Assembly (NCBI GenBank): GCA_965222075.1
Contig: OZ244937.1
Coordinates: forward strand, 3,744,001-3,808,000
Direction of reading: 5' to 3'
Origin: Candidatus Latescibacterota bacterium
GTDB lineage: Bacteria > Latescibacterota > UBA2968 > GCA-2709665
Length of the DNA stretch: 64,000 bases
A program made the position numbers and the translations under genes. This document shows positions 56,960 to 64,000 of this stretch, one piece after another. Position 1 is the first letter of the stretch; every line of letters starts with the position of its first letter. The notes below the pieces were generated by a model, which was not told the DNA's origin, made no database searches, and saw only the letters and a list, made by a program, of their open reading frames with translations.

Positions 56960-59782
56960 TCAATTCCCCGCAAGCGCCTTCCGAAGCGCCCCAATCGCCC
57001 GCTCCAGCGCCACCATCTCCTCTCCCGCCTGCGCCCAGTCCCACCGCTGCAGCGCCGACCGCACGTTCTGGTAGCGCGCCTCCACCTGTGCGGCCAGGTC
57101 CCCGGCGGGCAGAACCGCCTCCCCCGCAGATGGGGTCGAACCCGCCTCCTCCGGGCGAGCCGCCTCCGGCTCTTCCCGCGCGCCGAACAGTTCGGTCAAC
57201 CCCTCTTCCAGGGTCTCCCGCATCACCACCCGCCCCGCAAACGCCACAATCACCTGCTTCAACTCCGGAATCGCCGTGCTCCGCCGGGCGTCCTGCCGAA
57301 ACCCCTGGCGCTGACCTCCCGGTAGCCCCTCCTCTCCCTCCTGGCCAAACGCCTGTTCCTCCGGCTCCTGCCTCGCCTGCAGGTAGATCGGCTCCACGTA
57401 AACAAAAGACCGCTCGATCGGAATCGCCAGCAAATTGCCCCGGATCACCTGCGACCCCCGCTGCCCCCAAAGTGTGAGCTGGCTGGAAATCTCCGGCTGC
57501 TGGTCGATGCGGGCCTCCAGCTGCATCGGTCCAAAGATCAGTTTATCCTTCGGCAGCTTGTACACCAGCAGGTGCCCGTAGTTCTCCCCATCGCACCGGG
57601 CGGCCAGCCAGGCAATCATATTGTCCTTCTTGGCGGGCGTATAGGGCACCATCAGCAGAAACTCCTCCTCCTCCTCCCCCGGCAGCTTGATGATAATATA
57701 ATAAGGTTGCATCATCTGCGCCCGCTCGCTGTAGATCTCGTTCGGAATCTCCCAGAGGTCCTCCTGGTTGTAAAAAACCTGAACATCCCGCATGTGGTAA
57801 TCCCGGTACCGGGCCGCCTGAATCCGGAACAGGTCAATCGGATAGCGCAGATGGGCCCTCAGCCCCTCAGGCATCTCCTTTAAAGGCGTGAACAGACCGG
57901 GAAAAATCTTCGCATAGACCTCAATAATCGGGTCCTCAAGGTCCACCCGGTAAAACCGAACCGTGCCGTTGTACGCGTCCACCACCACCTTCACCGAGTT
58001 GCGGATATAATTGATCCCTCCCCGCCCTGTTCGGGCGGAATAGGGGTACATATCGGTGGTCGTATAGGCGTCCTGAATCCAGTAGAGCTTCCCCTCGGAG
58101 ATCACCAGGTAGGGATCGGAATCGTAAAACAGAAAGGGCACGATCGTGCGCACCCGTTCCGCGATCTGGCGCCGGAACATAATCCGGCTTTCGCCCGTAA
58201 TATAACTGCTCAGCAGGAGGTTCACATCCTTAAACCGGACCGTAAACGCCAGGCGGTCGAAAAACCCGCCCATCGGTACCCCGCCTGCGCCCTGGTAAGT
58301 GGTATACTGGTTTTCATCCCCCCTGGGATAGTCAAACTCGGGCGTGCTGGCCTTCACCACCACATAAGGATATGTCCGCTCCCCGTAATAGACTTCCGGA
58401 CGGTCAATCTCCAGGCCCGAAATCGACACTGGCGGAATATCCTTCACCATAAACGCCGGCAATCCCTCCGGGGTCACATGGTTGACCGGACTCAGGGCAA
58501 CCCCGTAGCCGTGCGTGTACTTCAGCCGCTCGTTGACAAAGGTGAACGTCTGCGAAGGCAGCCGCTGTCTGTCCAAAAATATCTCCCGCGCCGAAAGCAT
58601 CACCTGACGGTACACCCCGTCGATTGTATAGCGGTCCACGTCCACATTGGGGAAAAGGTAGTAGGGCCGGATCTCCTGGACCTGCTGGTAGGTCTGAGCC
58701 AGCGGGCGCTCGTCCCAGATCCGGACGTTCCGAACCGTCAGGGGATTGGCCTCAACATCCGCCCGGGTCAGCTCCTCAGAGGCCTCAAACGGCTGTTCCT
58801 CAATCTGGTCCAGCCCGTACGCCTGCCGGGTCATCCGGATATTGTGCTCGATATAGGGCGCCTCGCGCTTCAGCTCGTTCGGCTCCACCACCAGCTTCTG
58901 CACCACCGCCGAGGGGACCGCCCCCACCACGATCGCGCCCCCCACCAGCAGGCCCGCGCCCATAATCGGCAGCCGTGTGCCCCGGGATCGAACATTTATA
59001 AACAGCAGCGCAGAAGCCCCCAAAAACAGGATCACCAGAAGCCAGTAGGCCCAAATCTGCACATTCACGTCCACATACGCCGCCCCAAACGCAATGCGCC
59101 CCTGCGAATAGAGCAGGCCGTAGACCTTCAATCGGTAAATCCATGCCATATCCAGCAAAAACAGCCCCCCCAGCGCCGAGAAATGCGCCAGAGGCCGGGG
59201 CAGCACCTGGAACCGCTCCTGGAACCGGATGCCCCCTGCAGCCGCATAAACCAGGCCCACCATCACCCCCGACACCACCAGCCCCCCCATCAGAAAATAG
59301 GCCACAAACCGATAGAAAGGCAGTGAAAACACATAAAACCCCACATCCCGTCCAAAAATTGGATCGCTCATCCCAAAAGGTTGATCGTACCAATAGCGCA
59401 GCAGCATCGGCCACTGGGCCGCCCCGACGCTGCCCAGGACAAACACCAGCACCGCCCCGGCGACCAGGTAGCCCGTCCAGGAACGCAGCAGCCCCTCCCC
59501 CGGCAGTTCCCCCTCCTCCAACGGCGCACCACCGCCCATCCGCAGCGCATACCGCGTAAAACGCCCCGCCACCCAGAGGTTGGTCCCCACCAGCAGCGCC
59601 GCCAATATCCCAAACAGCACCCCGCCCCCGAACCGCGCCTGAATCACACGCCAGAACACCGACGAATAATCCAGACTCCGGAACCAGAGCCAGTCGGTAT
59701 AGTATCCAACCAACCAGTTGATCACCACCAGAACGCCCAGCAGAATCGCCAGAATCAACAGCTTGTTCGGTTTCCGTTCCAT
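56960..59782 (-). CDS. UPF0182 family membrane protein
   Basis: YTDWLWF, DPIFGRD.GFY.F.LP, N.R.WD, YTHGYG, NYIRNSVK.VVDAYNG, VIRGNLL, YVEPIYL. Confidence 0.95.
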   Translation of the reverse strand: MERKPNKLLILAILLGVLVVINWLVGYYTDWLWFRSLDYSSVFWRVIQARFGGGVLFGILAALLVGTNLWVAGRFTRYALRMGGGAPLEEGELPGEGLLRSWTGYLVAGAVLVFVLGSVGAAQWPMLLRYWYDQPFGMSDPIFGRDVGFYVFSLPFYRFVAYFLMGGLVVSGVMVGLVYAAAGGIRFQERFQVLPRPLAHFSALGGLFLLDMAWIYRLKVYGLLYSQGRIAFGAAYVDVNVQIWAYWLLVILFLGASALLFINVRSRGTRLPIMGAGLLVGGAIVVGAVPSAVVQKLVVEPNELKREAPYIEHNIRMTRQAYGLDQIEEQPFEASEELTRADVEANPLTVRNVRIWDERPLAQTYQQVQEIRPYYLFPNVDVDRYTIDGVYRQVMLSAREIFLDRQRLPSQTFTFVNERLKYTHGYGVALSPVNHVTPEGLPAFMVKDIPPVSISGLEIDRPEVYYGERTYPYVVVKASTPEFDYPRGDENQYTTYQGAGGVPMGGFFDRLAFTVRFKDVNLLLSSYITGESRIMFRRQIAERVRTIVPFLFYDSDPYLVISEGKLYWIQDAYTTTDMYPYSARTGRGGINYIRNSVKVVVDAYNGTVRFYRVDLEDPIIEVYAKIFPGLFTPLKEMPEGLRAHLRYPIDLFRIQAARYRDYHMRDVQVFYNQEDLWEIPNEIYSERAQMMQPYYIIIKLPGEEEEEFLLMVPYTPAKKDNMIAWLAARCDGENYGHLLVYKLPKDKLIFGPMQLEARIDQQPEISSQLTLWGQRGSQVIRGNLLAIPIERSFVYVEPIYLQARQEPEEQAFGQEGEEGLPGGQRQGFRQDARRSTAIPELKQVIVAFAGRVVMRETLEEGLTELFGAREEPEAARPEEAGSTPSAGEAVLPAGDLAAQVEARYQNVRSALQRWDWAQAGEEMVALERAIGALRKALAGN

Positions 59783-59832
59783 ACGCTCCTCTTCTCGTTG
59801 CAAGGCCCACTGCCAAAACAATCGGGACGACC

Positions 59833-60819
59833 TTAACCCATCATCCCCATCACTGCATCCACCACATCCTGCTCCCCGGGAATCGTCGCATCCTCCAGGG
59901 GTTTGCTGAAAGGGACAGGTACATCCATCCCGCCGAGACGAACGATGGGCGCATCCAGGTAATCGAACGCCCCCTCATAGACCACCGAGGCGAGCTCCCC
60001 CATCACGCCGAAACTGTGATACCCCTCGTCGATGATGACCGCGCGCGATGTCTTGCAGACCGATGCGACGAGTGTCTCCTTATCCAGCGGCACCATCGTC
60101 CGGGGATCCACGACCTCTGCGCTGATCCCCTGCTGCTCCAGCGCCCCGGCGGCGTTCAGGGCCACGTGGACCATGCTCGATGTGGCGATCAAACTCACGT
60201 CACGCCCCTCCCGCTTCACATCCGCCACTCCAAACGGAATCGTGTAGTCCTCCTCCGGCACCATCCCCTTCCATGCGTACATCATCTTGTCCTCATACAC
60301 GATCACCGGGTTGTCGTCCCGCACCGCCGTCTTGATCAGCCCCTTGGCGTCCGCCGGCGTGGACGGGATGGCCACCTTGAGGCCGGGGATGTGGGACGTC
60401 CAGGCGTGAAGGCTCTGCGAATGCTGCGCCGCCGCAGACCTCCCCGCGCCCAGCGTCGCCCGGATGGTGAGCGGCACTTTCGCCTGTCCGCCCGACATAT
60501 AGCAGATCTTCGCCGCCTGGTTGACGATCTGGTCCATCGCCAGCGCGATAAAATCCCCAAACATAATCTCCACAATCGGCCGCATCCCCGTCATCGCCGC
60601 CCCCACACCCAGCCCCACGAACCCCGCCTCCGCAATCGGCGTGTCGATCACGCGCTCTGGCCCGAACGCTTCGTAGAGGCCCACCAGAATCTTGAACACC
60701 CCCCCCGCCGCGCCAACGTCTTCCCCCATCAGAAAAACCGTCGGGTCGCGCCGCATCTCCTCGGCCATGGCCTCCTTCACGGCCTCGCCAAAGCCCATCT
60801 CCACCTCAGGCGTAGACAT
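59833..60819 (-). CDS. 2-oxoacid/acetoin dehydrogenase E1 beta subunit
   Basis: GEDVG, FGPERVIDTPIAE, QHSQS, PGLKV, DPRT..PLD. Confidence 0.93.
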   Translation of the reverse strand: MSTPEVEMGFGEAVKEAMAEEMRRDPTVFLMGEDVGAAGGVFKILVGLYEAFGPERVIDTPIAEAGFVGLGVGAAMTGMRPIVEIMFGDFIALAMDQIVNQAAKICYMSGGQAKVPLTIRATLGAGRSAAAQHSQSLHAWTSHIPGLKVAIPSTPADAKGLIKTAVRDDNPVIVYEDKMMYAWKGMVPEEDYTIPFGVADVKREGRDVSLIATSSMVHVALNAAGALEQQGISAEVVDPRTMVPLDKETLVASVCKTSRAVIIDEGYHSFGVMGELASVVYEGAFDYLDAPIVRLGGMDVPVPFSKPLEDATIPGEQDVVDAVMGMMG

Positions 60820-61768
60820 GCTCGCGCACCTCCGCCACATCCGGGTACGGGGCCTCCCTGGCCAACGCTACCGCGTCTGAGACCTCCTTCCGCACCACCT
60901 CGTCAACCGCACGTAACTCCGATTCCGCCGCCTTCCCCTCCACCAGCACCTTCTGCTTCAACCGCTCAATGGGGTCCTTCGCCATCCACGCCTCAACCTC
61001 CTCCTTCGACCGGTAGGCCTCGCCGGGGTCTCCCACGTGATGCCCGCGGTACCGGTACGTATCGCACTCGATCAGGCTGGCCCCCTCGCCCGACCTCGCC
61101 CGACCCACCGCCTCTGCCGTCGCTCCGTACACCGCGATCACGTCGCTCCCGTCCACGACTTGTGTCGGTATCCCAAACGGCACCGCCCGGTCTGCGATGC
61201 ATGCCCCGGCCGTCACCCGCTCCGTCGCCGTATACTCCCCGTAGTGGTTGTTCTCACACACATAAATCACCGGAAGGTCCCAGATAGCCGCGAAGTTCAT
61301 CACCTCAAAAAAAATCCCCTGGTTGGCCGCCCCGTCGCCAAAAAAACAGGCGGTCACCTGGTCCGTCTTCCGAAGCCTGGCCGACAGCGCCGCACCCGTG
61401 GCAATCCCGAACCCCCCGCCCACAATTCCGTTGGCGCCCAGGATGCCCAAAGACATATCCGCAATATGCATTGACCCCCCCTTGCCCCGGCAGTAGCCGG
61501 TAACCTTCCCCATCACCTCCGCCATCATCCGGTCCAGACTGCCGCCCTTGGCCACACAGTGCCCGTGCCCCCGGTGCGTACTGGTGATATAATCCTCCTC
61601 ACGCAGCGCCGAACAGACCCCCACGGCCACGGCCTCCTCACCGATGTAAAGGTGCGCCAGCCCGTGCATCAGCCCGCTGGTATACACATGCCACACCTGC
61701 TCCTCAAACCTGCGAATGCGGAGCATATCCCGGTACATATCCAGCAGCAATTGACGCTCAAGCCCCAT
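60806..61768 (-). CDS. 2-oxoacid/acetoin dehydrogenase E1 alpha subunit
   Basis: HLYIGEEA, STHRGHGH, GKGGSMH, GDGA...ENN, TYR..GH. Confidence 0.93.
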   Translation of the reverse strand: MGLERQLLLDMYRDMLRIRRFEEQVWHVYTSGLMHGLAHLYIGEEAVAVGVCSALREEDYITSTHRGHGHCVAKGGSLDRMMAEVMGKVTGYCRGKGGSMHIADMSLGILGANGIVGGGFGIATGAALSARLRKTDQVTACFFGDGAANQGIFFEVMNFAAIWDLPVIYVCENNHYGEYTATERVTAGACIADRAVPFGIPTQVVDGSDVIAVYGATAEAVGRARSGEGASLIECDTYRYRGHHVGDPGEAYRSKEEVEAWMAKDPIERLKQKVLVEGKAAESELRAVDEVVRKEVSDAVALAREAPYPDVAEVREHVYA

Positions 61769-61804
61769 AAGAACCTCCGGCAAACGGCAAACCCTTCACG
61801 GCTT

Positions 61805-62977
61805 TTACAACCAGCCCTGAAGCGTCTCAACATTCTCAAGACTCCCCTTCAGCGCCTGCAGATAACGCGCGGCCAGCATCCCGTCGGCCAGGCGATGGTC
61901 CGCCGACAGCGTAACCTGCATCACCTGCCTCACCAAAACCGTCTCTTCCTCCCCTGTGGGCCGCGCCTGCGGCAGAATCGCGCCCACGGCCAGAGCTGCG
62001 GACTCCGGCGGGTTCACAATGGCGATAAACGACGTAACCCCGAACATACCCAGGTTGGAAATCGTGAATGTCGCCCGCGCTCTCCCCCGCAGCCTCCCAC
62101 CCCGGGCGGCCTCCACGACCTCTGCCCGCTCCACCGCCAGGGCAGTCAGAGACCTGGCGTGGGCGTCGACGATAACCGGCACGATCAGTCCATCTTCCGT
62201 GCCCACGGCCAGTCCGATGTTCACCCCATCGTGCACCACCATCGCATCGTCGCCTTCAAGGCTGGCATTAAGCGCCGGAAAACGCGTCAGCGTCAGCGCC
62301 GCGGCCTTCACCAGTACGTCCGTCACCGACAGGTTGACCCCACCTGCTTCAGAAACGCCTTTGCGCCACGCCTCCGCGTCGGTCATGTCCACCTCAACGG
62401 TAACGTAGAAGTGGGGAATCGTCCCCTTGCTCTTCGACATCGCCCGGCCGATCGCCCGCCGCATGCGCGACAGCGGCGTCCGGCCCTCCGCAGGCGTCGG
62501 AACATCAGCCTGCCTTGTAGCCTTCTCCACGTCCTCTCGCGTGATCCGGCCGCCCGGCCCTGTCCCCCTCACAGCCTCCAGGTCAATGCCCAGTTCCTCC
62601 GCCAGCTTTCTGGCCGCCGGAGAACGCCTCACCCGGCCGCCGCCACCGGCCGCCCCGGCGGGCGAGGCGGGGGGCCCTTCCGACGGTGTATGCTCTGCCG
62701 CAACAGCAGGCAGCGCCTCAACGTCGAACGGCTCGTCGGCGCCGTCGGTCAGCACACCGATCACCGAAAGCACCGGCGCCACCGCTCCGTCCCCGGCCAG
62801 GATCTTGCGCAGAACCCCTGCCTCGGGCGATTCGTACTCGAACACCGCCTTGTCGGTCTCCACTTCCAGCAGCGCCTCCCCCGCCTCCACCCGTTCCCCC
62901 TCCCCCTTGAGCCAGCGGACAACCCTCCCCTCATCCTGCTGCAGACCGTACTTCGGCATCACAATCGGTTTGACCAT
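61805..62977 (-). CDS. Dihydrolipoamide acyltransferase (E2)
   Basis: Lipoyl ETDKA, E3-binding SPAARKLA...GTGPGGRI...DV, catalytic TISNLG and DHRLADG. Confidence 0.93.
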   Translation of the reverse strand: MVKPIVMPKYGLQQDEGRVVRWLKGEGERVEAGEALLEVETDKAVFEYESPEAGVLRKILAGDGAVAPVLSVIGVLTDGADEPFDVEALPAVAAEHTPSEGPPASPAGAAGGGGRVRRSPAARKLAEELGIDLEAVRGTGPGGRITREDVEKATRQADVPTPAEGRTPLSRMRRAIGRAMSKSKGTIPHFYVTVEVDMTDAEAWRKGVSEAGGVNLSVTDVLVKAAALTLTRFPALNASLEGDDAMVVHDGVNIGLAVGTEDGLIVPVIVDAHARSLTALAVERAEVVEAARGGRLRGRARATFTISNLGMFGVTSFIAIVNPPESAALAVGAILPQARPTGEEETVLVRQVMQVTLSADHRLADGMLAARYLQALKGSLENVETLQGWL

Positions 62978-63262
62978 AGAATCCCTCAAAGAATCACCCG
63001 GCCTTATGCCCCTTGACACGGCCCCCCTGCAAGAAAACAAAAAAAACCCTCCCTGTCAGCAAAAAAAACACCCTCTACACCTCCCGCGGGTTGTTATTGC
63101 GCAAAAACGCAGCCTTCCCTCGCAATATCCGGGCTGATCCCAGATGCGCCGCTCAAACGGCTCGTCTGCGTAAAGCCTGCTGACCTTGCCCTCCGCGATG
63201 ATTAAACATAAGGGGTCTACGGAACAGAGTCAAGTGTCCCCTGCCCCCTCCTCCCTTGTGCC

Positions 63263-63291
63263 TTGACAACGCCCCCTCACCCCACTATCTT
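63263..63291 (+). promoter_or_regulatory. Candidate sigma70 promoter
   Basis: TTGACA-N17-TATCTT upstream of the DUF2231-like gene. Confidence 0.55.
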
Positions 63292-63355
63292 GATTCTTTC
63301 ATCCGACACCGCCATCACGGTCGCCACCGCGGTCCTGGACGCCCAACGGATGCTC

Positions 63356-63820
63356 ATGAACCTCCACCCGCTCATCGTCCACTTTCCCATCGCCCTGCTC
63401 ACCGTGGGCGCCCTTTGTGATGCCGTGGGCATCCTCGGCCGCCGGGACCTGTTCCTCAAAACCGGCTACTTCCTCCTCCTCTTAGGCACCGCAGGCGCGG
63501 CTGCCGCTGCCCTCACCGGAGAGTCCGCCGCCGAAACCGCGGCAAAAATCCCGGACATCAAAGCAGACCTGGAACAGCACGAAACCCTTTCCACCGCTGC
63601 CGCCTGGCTGTCCATTGCCCTTACCCTGGCGCGCACCCACCTCAGCTTCAAAAAACGCTTCGCCGGAACCCCCCGCCTCATCTACCTCTTTCTTGCCCTC
63701 GTCCTGGCCGGCCTCATCAACACCAGCGGCTACACCGGCGGGCACATCGTCTATACCTACGGCGCTGGGACCGGACCGGTTATGAAACACCTTGAAGCGC
63801 CGCCCCCATCCTTACAGTGA
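63356..63820 (+). CDS. DUF2231-like membrane protein
   Basis: HPLIVHFPIAL, conserved HE, GG.IVY.YG.G; four hydrophobic helices. Confidence 0.8.
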   Translation: MNLHPLIVHFPIALLTVGALCDAVGILGRRDLFLKTGYFLLLLGTAGAAAAALTGESAAETAAKIPDIKADLEQHETLSTAAAWLSIALTLARTHLSFKKRFAGTPRLIYLFLALVLAGLINTSGYTGGHIVYTYGAGTGPVMKHLEAPPPSLQ

Positions 63821-64000
63821 GGCCGGAATGAACGCCCTCAACCACAACCTGAAAACATACGACTGGGCCCGAAAGCAACGGGATCAAATCGTCCGCCGGG
63901 CAAACAAATGGCTGAAATACGATGACGAACGTCTGCGGTCGCTCGTTATTCCTCCCGAAATACCCCGGGCGATCGTTGCCCACGAAAAGGGCGCTCCCAT

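Noticed and set aside
1-64000. tRNA, rRNA or prophage genes
   Set aside because: None recognised by eye; no phage structural or integrase motifs in the ORF track.

Overview
Mostly GC-rich bacterial DNA. The gene repertoire and style suggest an uncultured lineage such as Latescibacterota, but that is only a guess. The flanks are ordinary metabolic genes: beta-oxidation and CoA enzymes, a YtrA-type ABC operon, ankyrins, MoaB, a ThDP enzyme, a sulfatase, UPF0182 and a 2-oxoacid dehydrogenase E1/E2 set. The centre (about 11-39 kb) is an expanded MacB/FtsX-type ABC export locus. It holds six permease paralogues, two ATPases, an adaptor, an ECF sigma factor, a DUF4097 protein and a sigma54 two-component system. 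The most striking feature is a 564-bp unit scattered through that locus: a DUF559 (Vsr-like) endonuclease gene bracketed by two related GC-rich hairpin arms. There are 11 'A' arms, 7 'B' arms, 3 intact genes and 4 internally deleted genes. The outer end of each arm coincides with a GAG-TGA stop codon of the neighbouring host gene, and no transposase or integrase is present. A second, separate family of tiny (21-33 bp), mostly frame-preserving CCT(G/A)YC...GRCAGG palindromic insertions interrupts IS remnants and a terminator. All calls come from reading motifs by eye; no database searches were run.
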